Shown piece after piece: positions 26,458 to 35,545 of a DNA stretch of 64,000 bases (within the stretch, counting starts at the first letter, position 1; every line of letters begins with the position of its first letter). The DNA is from Octopus sinensis. Its lineage: Eukaryota. The DNA lies in the NCBI RefSeq assembly GCF_006345805.1, contig NC_042998.1:76198001-76262000 (forward strand), read 5' to 3'. The translations under genes and the position numbers were made by a program. The notes below the pieces were generated by a model. It searched no databases, was not told the origin of the DNA, and saw only the letters and a list, made by a program, of their open reading frames with translations.

Positions 26458-29400
26458 CTGTAATTTTCATCTATGGTGCCAAGCTTTAATCACCCTTGCC
26501 TTTCTCTTGAAAAGCATCAATGTCATCATAGTGAAAGAAAATTTCTTTGAAGAAGCAACTGCTAGTTTTTCACAAAAACCTTGTTCAGGCCTGCTCCAGG
26601 TACAGATACTCAAACCAGCTATAAAAGACATCAAAAGACATCGATATGTCCCTAATATCTTTGATTTCAAATCAGCTAGAGAGTAAAAACATACATATTC
26701 TATCTTTATCATTTTAATAGATTAAAAAGGCTTAATCTTTAATCTATCATATCTCTTAGAAATTTCCACATAGACAGTTTTGACCTTAGAGTTCTCTGTT
26801 GTTATGAAGTGAATTCAAAGAAAATTTTTATCCATTCAGTCTGATCCTCTCTCCTACAATCATTTTCTCTCATCCTTATCACTCTATCTAGCTCACTCAC
26901 CATGAGGTTTACGTATAAAGAATTAAATCATACTTGGAATTCCTTACTGATAGCATCCCTTTACATGACTTGTACAGCTCTCACCAACCACTCATCTATC
27001 CCTAGTCTCCACATTGATCACCAGATAAGGGATCAGGGGACCTTGTCAAAGGCTTTTTCCATCTCAACAAAAGCCAAGTACAGAGGTTTATCTTTGGTTA
27101 GGAATTTGGGAAGACAAATCACTTTTATTGACAGTAATATAAACTACAAGATAAAGTTTTCTAATTATGATGGTGGATTCACTTGAGAGTATTCTGAATT
27201 TTGTTTGAAGTGTCGTGATTCTAATTTGTGGATGCATGGAGTGAATAATGTGTGACAGTCTGCGAGGTGTTGCTGGAAGATATTATTGGTTTGTTGTTGA
27301 TATAGGACACAGCACCATCATCATCAATGTTTATGTCTGTTCTCCATGCTGGCATGGGTAGCACATTCTGTTACTGCTCTCCTAGATAAGTTGGAGGATA
27401 GCATCTCACTCTTGAGTTTCACTTTTGGGTAGGAAGAACATCTCTGGCTGGATGCCATTCTTAACATCAACCACTTTACCAAGTTTACAGGTTGCTTTTT
27501 TTGTGGCACCAACACTAATGACAAGACTAAAGGGTGCTTTTGACCCTACACTTAACGGTATACTGGGAGCATTTTATTGTGGCACCAACATGTACATTAA
27601 AAGAAACTGAAGGGACATAATGTACATATATATTAAAGAAGATGCATGGGAAACTGAATACTATATAATTCAATTAGTTCTCGTTGCTCTAGTCCATTCA
27701 ACTGGCAAAATGGGTTGTATCTGTAGTTCAGTAGGCCAACCTTATCACATTCTATTTTTCACTGAATCTCCCTGAGAACTGTGTTAAAGATACATGTGTC
27801 TGTGGCATGTTTGACCACTTGCATAATAATTTCTTGAACAGATTGTTTGGTTGATTGAATCAACTGAAACACACATCATCATAACTGATGGAGAACCAGA
27901 TCGTATATTGTCAGATTACTTTAAAAAAACCTTCACTTACTTTTTTGGTGGCTGGTGATCAACAGACATGATTTTTACTGCAAAGGCATTGATATCAAAA
28001 TGACCAATCCCTTCAGATGGCTGGACAAACTATAAAATAAATTTAACTAGTTCAATGAAATTTACATAATAATAGAAATACATACATGCAGAAAAAAAAA
28101 CTTTCAGCATTAAAGAAAGAAACAGAAATTTTGTTAATAAAAAAATGTCTTTGCTGCATACCTAGATTAAATGCAAATTGTCAGAGATATTAGATTGGAA
28201 TAGTAACAAAACAATACACGATTCTTATTAAATAATTGCTTTGTTAGAGTTGAACTTCAAGAGTAAATAATTCTGAATAGCTCTTAAAACTAGGAAAATG
28301 GTTGCTGATAGTGATGATAATGGAAGCATAACACCCAGGTTTATAGAGTAGGAAGCTATAACTGTACTTAGTACAGTGTTTATCCCAATTTTAGAATAGG
28401 AATACGATGTCCCTGCATCTCATAAAAGGCAGTTAAAAGCGTTGATAAGAGGGACATCTAGCTACAAAATAATCTCTTAGGAAAACTGTCCAATCCATGA
28501 CAACATCAAAAAGCAGAAGTGAAATACTGAGTTATAGATTCCATCATCATTTAATAGAAAAGGAATGAAAAACAATATAGATGAGAAAATAGAATAGTCA
28601 ATTAAAAACGTAAAACATATCATGAAATGAATTAGGTTGTCAAACACATAATGAACAAAATATTATAAAATGGCAAACTTAAACATAGTTTTATTTCTAT
28701 AATGGATATTAAATACCAGTATACCAAACAAGAATGGCAGCATGTGGCTCAGTGATTAGGGTGTTGCACCCAAGATTATATGAATGTGGTTTCAATTGCT
28801 GGACAAAGGGAATGTGTTCTTCAGCAAAACATTTCATTTCATGCTATTCCAGTCTACTCATCTGGTAAAATGAGTTGTCCAGTGATGGACCAGTGTCCCA
28901 TCCAGGAGGGGATTATATACACCACAGAATCAGAAACTAGCCTTATGAGCCTATAATTCAAGGAAGGACCTTTGAACTTCCTTTTTTTTTTAATACTAAA
29001 CAAGCAGTTGAGAGATTGATGGCATTTATTCTGTCCTGGTAATAGAACATGTCAGTGGCAAAATAGATGGTTCTCAATATATTCTGAGAGGAACTGTAAG
29101 ATTATCTACATTGCCTCTTTAAACAGCAATAATAGTAAAATTGATGGCTTTTAGAGACGAGTAGAATTTTTGCCTAAGAAAAACACTACCCTTCTACAAA
29201 CTAGTGTTCTATCCTGAGAATTATTTTTCTCTTCATTTAACATGGAAACTGAAAATTTCGGAATTTGGATAGATTAAATAATAATGCTATGTTAAGATAA
29301 AGGAGTAAATGCAAAACAGTCTGTTAGTGAGTTCACATTGGTAAGATGTTGCTGTCTACTCACAACTTGTTATTGAGACCCAGGTCAGCCTTGACAGAAT

Positions 29401-30248
29401 GAACCTATACACAAAGGCAATCTAGCCATTACCATCCAATCTTTTTTGAATATCAAGGGCCACATTGCCCAACATTTTCTTTATTTATGACAAGGTGTAC
29501 TGTAAGAGGTTTGGCTGTTATTTCTAGAAGGTTGAGTGACCATGTAAAGGCTTCTTCATTATCAAATTTGTTGGTGGTACAACAACTATATGTGAGCAGT
29601 GACATTATTTATCAGGTTTATGAAACAAATAAGTAATGTGCTTACTTCATAACTTTTAAAGGGGAGTGGCAAATATACCGTTAACACACACTGAAAATAG
29701 ACCCTCGATATCATAACTGATTCAACTCTTTAAGCCAAATGAAAAATACATATTTTGTAAGGTGGTAGAAAATAGCTATGGAGAATTGTAGAAGTGAAAG
29801 TAATCAATATTTTTACAAAAATCATGAACCCTAAAATTTTTAGAAAAGAGTAAATGAAAACTGTAATATTTATTCTTTTGCCCTTCAAAAACGATATGAG
29901 TGAAGTAAAATAATTCCAATTAAAAAAAGGGCAAACCAACTTGTTTATCCTAACATTAGAAAAATGAAATCTAACTGCAGAAAATATGTAATAGTGTAAT
30001 CTGTAACATATTTAAAAGTAGAAAATAAAACAATGACTTGTTGATTCCATACTTACTAATGGTTTGGGTCCTTCAAGTTCTGAGAATTCAGTGACCATTA
30101 CAAAGTCTTGAAGCAGATTGGTCCCACGATTCCAGGGATGGATTATAGAAGGGCATGGTGTTAAGTAAGAGAATCCTTTAGAATTTCGAATAGAAGTTCT
30201 TCTCTCACTATATTCAGATACTTGTGGATACACAGTAGATCCAAACAT
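3307..30248 (-). CDS. SMCR8: Guanine nucleotide exchange protein SMCR8 orthologue (C9orf72-SMCR8-WDR41 complex subunit), N-terminal ~490 aa; 3'-partial
   Basis: complement(join(30057..30248,27941..28029,25650..25728,24283..24365,23777..23822,20552..20636,9478..9626,4993..5566,4085..4143,3307..3420)). All junctions are GT-AG with matching phases. Peptides HPW..[59 protein letters not shown] and NYKPKLYKPPSRKRF match recalled SMCR8 uDENN/longin motifs ([65 protein letters not shown]). Confidence 0.93.
4085..4143 (-). CDS. SMCR8: SMCR8 coding exon 9 (RKSDKTSHLFLIDYPSNYK)
   Basis: Acceptor atttaacag, donor gtaaat, 59 nt, phase 1 to 0. Confidence 0.82.
4445..4690 (-). repeat. RTE-type 3' tail element ((GAT)n tail; catcatcgtttaac..ccatgctggcatgggttggac family)
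   Basis: Family signature plus two gtgctttttacgtgccacc units. Confidence 0.9.
4993..5566 (-). CDS. SMCR8: SMCR8 coding exon 8, large Ser/Asp/Asn/His-rich exon
   Basis: 574 nt open frame (ORF 4973..5521 extended to the acceptor at 5567-5568), donor gtcagt, phase 0 to 1. Confidence 0.85.
6895..7190 (+). mobile_element. RTE LINE 3' coding fragment
   Basis: ERCLCWYRCVMHID...KVDGTCGRGKPRKAWDKV, the typical RTE ORF C-terminus. Confidence 0.8.
7199..7640 (-). repeat. RTE-type 3' tail with internal minisatellite
   Basis: Family signature, ~4 units, joined to the RTE body at 7650. Confidence 0.9.
7650..9060 (-). mobile_element. RTE LINE 3' fragment interrupted by a CR1 insertion at 8083-8880
   Basis: Minus strand reads VDSFRYLGNQV...AARIRIAWGKFREILPLL (ORF 8868..9137) and continues in 7650-8082. 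Confidence 0.85.
8083..8880 (+). mobile_element. Young 5'-truncated CR1/L2-clade LINE: intact RT C-terminal frame, short 3' UTR, (TAAC)n tail
   Basis: LNVSKC...KDLGILVD...LYVMLVRPILEYGIQASSPYL...LERVQRLATRMV...RRRCGDLI...RGHSEKL...FSVRVADPWNKLP to TGA at 8804; ends ttaactaactaac; flanked by acatgcat / acatacat (possible TSD). Confidence 0.92.
9478..9626 (-). CDS. SMCR8: SMCR8 coding exon 7 (CLNQKSDG...LEYLRQETLNILEALEEYK)
   Basis: Acceptor ctttctttcag, donor gtaaat, 149 nt, phase 1 to 0. Confidence 0.87.
10200..11600 (-). mobile_element. Highly degenerate non-LTR retrotransposon RT, interrupted by a SINE fragment (~10975-11100)
   Basis: Minus-strand remnants STLYRPVSL, GVSQRSW..F, SCANDF (YADD-like) and QQRNNTFKSL..TWQQDK...YKAIGWLILDYASPVW, in correct RT order. 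Confidence 0.7.
12616..13160 (-). repeat. RTE-type 3' tail with expanded ~60-65 bp minisatellite
   Basis: ~6 imperfect units of ggatggtgctttttacgtgccaccggcacgggagccagtcag...ctggcatcggccac. Confidence 0.9.
14265..14742 (+). repeat. Young RTE-type 3' tail, sense orientation
   Basis: Ends ccatgctagcatggaaaacggacgttaaacgatgatgatgatgat; CpGs retained. Confidence 0.9.
16175..16324. repeat. Compound (AG)n/(ACAG)n microsatellite
   Basis: Directly visible. Confidence 0.97.
16518..16985 (-). repeat. Young RTE-type 3' tail, inverted relative to 14265-14742
   Basis: Starts (cat)n cgtttaacgtccgttctccatgctagcatggg; shares both ends with the 14265 copy. Confidence 0.9.
17198..17431 (+). mobile_element. 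Full-length tRNA-derived SINE (ggcggcgagctggcagaa family)
   Basis: B-box-like GAGTTCAAATTCC, core gcctttcatcctttcggggtcgataaa, ends aataaagaaata; 12-bp TSD TGTCCACTTGTT at 17186-17197 and 17436-17447. Confidence 0.9.
17817..17980 (-). mobile_element. Inverted 3'-UTR copy of the same CR1-type LINE
   Basis: Reverse complement of 35385-35545. Confidence 0.85.
19886..20130 (+). mobile_element. tRNA-like Pol III head (A box tggcatagttgt, B box ggtttgaatcc) with GC-richer body; SINE or tRNA pseudogene
   Basis: A box at 19886-19897 and B box at 19941-19951; body unlike other SINEs in the window. Confidence 0.5.
20207..20424. mobile_element. piggyBac-like MITE (TTAA flanks)
   Basis: TTAA|ctctttagcatt ... 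aatgctaacggg|TTAA; related copies at ~17985-18195 and 51730-51952. Confidence 0.8.
20552..20636 (-). CDS. SMCR8: SMCR8 coding exon 6 (ISSDLKIENLKLFALEMSHQLQDLEYSL)
   Basis: Acceptor acattaag, donor gtaagt, 85 nt; resembles recalled ASECLKTGNRKAFAGELEKKLKDLDY. Confidence 0.9.
21620..22450 (+). mobile_element. Degenerate RTE LINE 3' half
   Basis: ESRGFKVNLA, a Cys-rich insert (GK*PYPKCR...CCMQCKPWTH), VVDSFCYL and VRTVMLNDSETWAL. Confidence 0.85.
23777..23822 (-). CDS. SMCR8: SMCR8 coding exon 5 (KLITFYKEIHKAFSK)
   Basis: 46-nt exon, acceptor atttttcag, donor gtaagt; bridges phase 2 to phase 0 exactly. Confidence 0.88.
24283..24365 (-). CDS. SMCR8: SMCR8 coding exon 4 ([27 protein letters not shown])
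   Basis: Acceptor ttcttcag, donor gtaagt, 83 nt; most conserved SMCR8 motif. Confidence 0.95.
25650..25728 (-). CDS. SMCR8: SMCR8 coding exon 3 (ILCNNFTLMEDKQVLFTDIAEGVSAY)
   Basis: Long polypyrimidine tract ending ccctag, donor gtgagt, 79 nt, phase 2 to 0. Confidence 0.92.
25834..25910. repeat. (TA)n microsatellite
   Basis: Directly visible. Confidence 0.98.
26307..26456. repeat. Compound (TA)/(CA)n/(TACA)n microsatellite
   Basis: Directly visible. Confidence 0.97.
26880..27115 (-). mobile_element. RTE LINE RT fragment
   Basis: Minus strand TKDKPLYLAFVEMEKAFDKVP*SLIW. Confidence 0.8.
27941..28029 (-). CDS. SMCR8: SMCR8 coding exon 2 ([29 protein letters not shown])
   Basis: Acceptor ttttatag, donor gtaagt, 89 nt, phase 0 to 2. 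Confidence 0.92.
28735..28980 (+). mobile_element. SINE of a further family (V-domain-like gatggaccagtgtcccatccagg)
   Basis: A-box-like tggctcagtgatt head; similar element at ~53620-53850. Confidence 0.6.
30057..30248 (-). CDS. SMCR8: SMCR8 coding exon 1 (MFGSTVYP...EGPKPL)
   Basis: ATG at 30248 with an in-frame TGA just upstream; acceptor ccctccag at 30265-30266; donor gtaagt; 192 nt. Confidence 0.92.
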
Positions 30249-31371
30249 GTTTCAAATGTTAAAACTGGAGGGGTGAAAAATATAAAAGTAAATATATTTT
30301 TAACCTTTAGATTACAAGTAAAAGCTAAAATATTTGAATTAACAATCAGAAATCTGTCACTTTTCTCTTTTATTCTATACTATATTCCTCAGTTTTACTC
30401 CCTGTATACAGATGGTCTATTCCTCTTTTCAAAATAATTTCAAATTGTGCAAAAGAAATTTGAAATAGGAATAATTTGGTAGAACCTAAGGTAACATAAC
30501 AATAATAAAATAGTTTAAGATACCCAACTGCCAATAACATTGAATTAATTCTGAAGATTATTAAAAGTATGAAGTTGTTACATAGCCACAGTAAGCCTAT
30601 GAAATGTGAGGGCTGAACAATGAGATTAAACTTAGATCCCTCCTCCCAGACATATCCTGTCTTCATCTAGCTGAAAACTATACTGCACACTTTGGTTGCA
30701 GCATGGCAGTCTGGACATGTACTATCACCAATCAGGACATTTCTGTACACACTTAGATATTAGTGGTAGGTAGCCACAGCAGAGGTGGGTAAAGTGAACT
30801 CAGTCAAAGTATAATAGTTACTGTTCTATATTCATTGTTACTCGTTTTTGTGTGGATGTGTTCTTTTTGCTTGGAACACTTGGCAATATACCAACAGCTA
30901 AGAATCAGACACTATGGTCTACTGTGATGGTTATTTGAGGCAACAAGAGTGACTAAAATTTTGTAGAAAATATTTTTAAAAAGTGATTTTTTTCAATATT
31001 CAATGCAAACTGTACTGCTACCATCATCTTCATTTTTTATCTACTTTTGATGCTGGCATGGGCTGGACAGAGTGTAACCTCAGCCAGTTTTTTTTTCAGA
31101 GTTACTGCCCTCCTTTAGGAGTCAGGACCTATTGTCTCACTTGTACGTTCTGATTTTGACATTGTTTCTATGGTTAGATGCTCTTCTTAACATTGACCAC
31201 TTTACAGAGTGTATTTGATGATTTCATTGTGGTACCAGTACAATAGAAGTTGTCATGCCCTCAGCTAGCCTAAATTGGTCCACTCATGTCTAATATTAAA
31301 ATAAATGTTGGAGAACAGAATGAACTAAATATGACTTATTGGATCTAGAATAAAAGTAGAAGTTGTTGAGA

Positions 31372-31612
31372 ACAAACTACTTGCATCAGTTGTTAGTTGC
31401 CAAGACATTGCATCCTTTAAAACCTCCATACTTCCTGAAATTCGCCAACACTACACCTGATATCCCCACCTCCATACGCATGCACGCATGTATATCATGA
31501 CTCATACACTGCTCATTTTCCTGACTTTTGTACATAATTCTATGTACTGTACATGCACCTTTGATGAGTTGTAGTGCATCTGAGCACTAAACACAATAAT
31601 TTCATTATTATT
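31372..31612 (+). mobile_element. Short 3'-end copy of the same CR1-type LINE
   Basis: Near-identical to 35305-35545. Confidence 0.85.
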
Positions 31613-31618
31613 TATGTG

Positions 31619-31623
31619 TATAT

Positions 31624-31678
<55 letters not shown>
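31619..31678. repeat. (TA)n microsatellite
   Basis: Directly visible. Confidence 0.98.
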
Positions 31679-31680
<2 letters not shown>

Positions 31681-33182
31681 TTTTATTTGTTTCAGTCACG
31701 TGACTGTGGCCATACTGGAGCACCACCTTTATATATATATATGAAAGAACAAGAGAAAATGGAGATTACAAAGTTAATAATTGTTTATTATTAACAACAA
31801 ATTAGTCATCTTCACTTTTTACAGCCATTTCAATTAATACTTTCTTAATCTCCATTTTCTTTTCTTCTTTTAATACTTGAGTAGTAATTGAAATGGCTGT
31901 AAGACGCGAAGATGACCAATTTCTCCATTTTTTTTCCATTTAAATGGATATAAACTATGTGCTTTATACATGCCTATTATTTTAAGGAAATTAATTCCCC
32001 AAAAATTCTAAATATTGAACCACTATTTCCTTGGGTGAAACCATCCTTTCATGAGATTAACATATTCTCTAATTAAATTTTACATATATATATTATTTTA
32101 TCAAATTTATTAACTTATGTCATAATGTTTTTGTTAAAAAATTCATTGGAAATTTTATCTAAAAAAGAATTAGAACAATTAATTAGTTTATATTATGACA
32201 TACAACTTGTGAATATAACAGTAATTACAACTGTATGTATTCTGATGTATGCTTACACGGAGTAAAAAGCAATTCAAATGGCTGCTAATACAAACAGTGT
32301 CTGACTGTGAAACACAGCCTCAAAAAGAGAAATTATGATGAGAGTTTGCAAGGCCTTCAAGGTTAACTTCTACTTTAGCAATAAAAATGGCCTTAAAATG
32401 TTGGTTGGTGGTGTAATATTCAGTGTGAGGCAAGTGTTTTTTTAATTAGTTGGTATGTTGAAGAAGACCTGTACCCATGATCTGTACAAGCCACTCAGAC
32501 TTTAGTTGATTTTCTGTTTGAATATTTTCAACACACAACAACAATATCTGGAAGAATGTGTATAAAAAGGAATCCCAGAGAGATGCAATCATGTAGAAGA
32601 ATAATAGGGAAAGATTTTTTTAAATGAGGATGAGAGGTGTATGTGTCAAGTGGACATGAGTGGAGGGTTATGTAACTTGCTAATTTAGCAGTAAGAGACC
32701 ATTGGTGTGTAATGTAGACACTAACTCAGTCAAATTTAATCACTTTTTAATATAGATAAGATCTATAATGGCTGGGTGTAATTTGAGAATGTTTGTATCA
32801 ATGACAAAAATACTACCAAATACTGAATTAGCAAGTTAAATACTACCAAATATCAAAAAGGACAGAGTTCAAAATAATGCTGCTGATTTGATAGGGCCAA
32901 AATATGGAATTTTCATTTCAAAATTTATTAATATAAACATTCAGTACATATATACTTCAATGTAGTACATGATAAATTTCAAAACTTAATATGCTATCTT
33001 CTGAAAATATACGAAACTCTTGAGTAAAAATTGTGACTTCCTATGCATGATGTGATATATGTATGCAATAAATGTCACAAGTGTGTGTGTGTGCTGCAAC
33101 AGATATATGTATTTAATAGATGAGTATACATATGTGAATAAGATATGTAAGCATGTTATAGATGTGTGCATGTATTTCATAG

Positions 33183-33620
33183 ATCATCATCATCATCATT
33201 TAATGTCCGTTTTCCTTACTGGCATGAGTTGGACAGTTTGACTGGGGACTGGCAAGCCAGGAGGTCGCACCAGGCCCCAATCTGATCTGGCAGTGTTTCT
33301 ACAGCTGGATGTTCTTCCAACCACTCCAAGAAGCCAGTCAGGTGGCACTGGAATTGGCCACGTTTAGATGATACTTTTTATGTGTTACCAGCACAGGAGC
33401 CAGTCAGGGCAGGTAGGCTGGCATCGACCATGTTCAGATAGTGCTTTTTACATATCACTGGCATGGGGAACCAGTCAGGCAGCAGTGGCAACAACCCACA
33501 CATGCATGGTGCTTATTGCATGCCACCAGCATGGAAACCAATCAGGCGGCACTGTCATCAGCCACAACTACAATTCCATTTGATTGTCATCTGATTTGAT
33601 TTTGATTTTACTTGATTCAA
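33183..33620 (-). repeat. RTE-type 3' tail with minisatellite
   Basis: Family signature; RTE body fragment follows at ~33690-33848. Confidence 0.85.
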
Positions 33621-34362
33621 TAGGTTTCCTCGAGCACAGAATGTTGCACGACGATTCAAAAGTACTTTTTAAATGGGCTGGTTATGCAATACTGATGTAG
33701 GTTATGGCTGGGTCTTCTCAATCACAGCATATCTCGAGAGTTCTCGGTCTTTCGTCATTGCCTCTGTGAGGCCAAACGTTCGAAGGTCATGCTTCACCAC
33801 CTCATCCCATGTCTTCCTGGGTCTCCCTCTACCACGAGTTCCTTCACACAACAAATGCCATCATCATCATTTAATGTTCATTTTTCATGTTGGAATAGGT
33901 TGGGCAGTTTGACTGTAGCTGATAAGGCCAGTGGCTGCACCAGGCTCTGTGGTCTATTCTGACCTGGTTTCTATGGCTGGATGTCCTTCCTAATTTCAAT
34001 CACTCCACAGAGTGTACTGGGTGTGTTTAACGTGGCACCTGCATGACTGCTTTTTATGTGGCACCAGTAATTCTTCTGTGGCAGGTGGGTTTTCTTGAGT
34101 ATAGCAATGTACCAGATATCTTGAGTATAGCAATGTATCAGATGGTCCTCAGCCATCTCCTTTGTAAGACTCAGTGTTTTACATTTGAGGACATATAAGA
34201 TGCATGTTTTTCCCCAAAATAATTACTTTAGGTCTTATATGCAAAATTGGGTTCCCTACAAGTTAATTTTGTCCCTGATGCTCACTACTATCGGCCATTT
34301 TCTTTTCCTGAATACACACTGTTGAAAATTGGGGATGTCAAATATACAAAGAAGTCTTTTAT

Positions 34363-34591
34363 GACATGAGCTGGCAGATTTATTAGCATGCTGGATGAAA
34401 TGCTAAGCAGTATTTCATCTGCTGCTATGTTCTGAGTTCAAATTCCACTGAGGTCGACTTTACCTTCTATCCTTTCGGGGTCAATTAAATAAGTACCAGT
34501 TATGCATTGAGGTCAATGTAATCAACCTAATCCTTTTGTCTGTCCTTGTTTGTTCCCTCTGTATTTAGCTCCTTGTGGCAATAAAGAAATA
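34363..34591 (+). mobile_element. Older copy of the same SINE family
   Basis: Collinear with 17198-17431; partial copies also near 3760, 10980, 14060, 25120 and 60610. Confidence 0.85.
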
Positions 34592-34854
34592 AATATAACA
34601 CATGAAATTTAATTTTCTATAGATTTTCACCAATCCACTGCTGAATTGAACCAGGTTTTCCTAAAGAGTCCTAACATTTCTAGGTTCCAACAGAGGTAAC
34701 TTACTTCATGACCCACTCCATCAACTACTATTGCTATAAGAACTATCATTAGATTTTAAAAGCTGTCAGTTCCTTATCAGTTTGATGCAGATGTTCTCAT
34801 CTATAGTTTAATCAAAGTATTTGCATTTCTTGAGCAACTGATATCTACGTGAAT

Positions 34855-35545
34855 TCTTACTGGTTCCTGAGAAGTGGGAATGTAGTTTTACTGAACTGTT
34901 CTACAAAAACTAAATGAACCCAGCTATCTATTTAAGGCTGTATATGGCTATAGTGCGGCCACACTTGGAATTTGCATCACCAGTCTGGAGCCCTTATCTT
35001 GCTCAGGAGATTGACCGCCTGGAAAATGTTCAGAGAAGTGCAACCAAGCAAATACCCTCCATCAGGCATCTACCATACTCTGAACGCCTTGCTTCTCTGG
35101 GCATAGATAATATTGAAGCTCTGAGGTCTGGCAACTGACTTAGTAAACACCCACAAAATTATTAACCATCATGCCAACCTTGAGCACCTTTTTGAGCTCC
35201 ATGTGTATAACACATGTGGTCATGCCTACAAAGTCAGTAAACAGCACAGCTCCCATGACTTTTGGAAACATTTTTTTACACTCAGAGTTGCTGAAGCACG
35301 GAACCAACTACTTGTATCAGTTGTTAGTTGCCAAGACATTGCATCCTTTAAAACCGCCATGCTTCCTGAAATTCACCAACACTACACCTGATATCCCAAC
35401 CTCCATATGCATGCACACATGTATATCATGACTCATACACTGTTCATTTTCCTGACTTTTGTACATAATTCTATGTACTGTACATGCACCTTTGATGAGT
35501 TGTAGTGCACCTGAGCACTATACACAATAATTTCATCATTATTAT
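34855..35545 (+). mobile_element. CR1-type LINE 3' end (second family) with (ATT)n tail
   Basis: YLRLYMAIVRPHLEFASPVWSPYLAQEIDRLENVQRSATK, TCGHAYKV and FFTLRVAEARNQL; 3' UTR shared with copies at 31372 and 17817. Confidence 0.88.

Noticed and set aside
26467-26712. Minus-strand 81-aa ORF within SMCR8 intron 2
   Set aside because: Not needed for frame continuity, no SMCR8 similarity, no good donor; probably a decayed repeat.
31693-31706. Perfect 14-bp palindrome CAGTCACGTGACTG containing an E-box
   Set aside because: A variant of a SINE tail (cagtcatttg..g at ~59441); not evidence of a regulatory site.
32280-32620. Faint resemblance to a Tc1/mariner C-terminus (SPD...DF motif)
   Set aside because: Too degenerate to support.
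34094-34143. 26-bp tandem duplication (cttgagtatagcaatgtaccagatat)
   Set aside because: Local slippage inside a retroelement fragment; similar trivial duplication at ~48057-48117.
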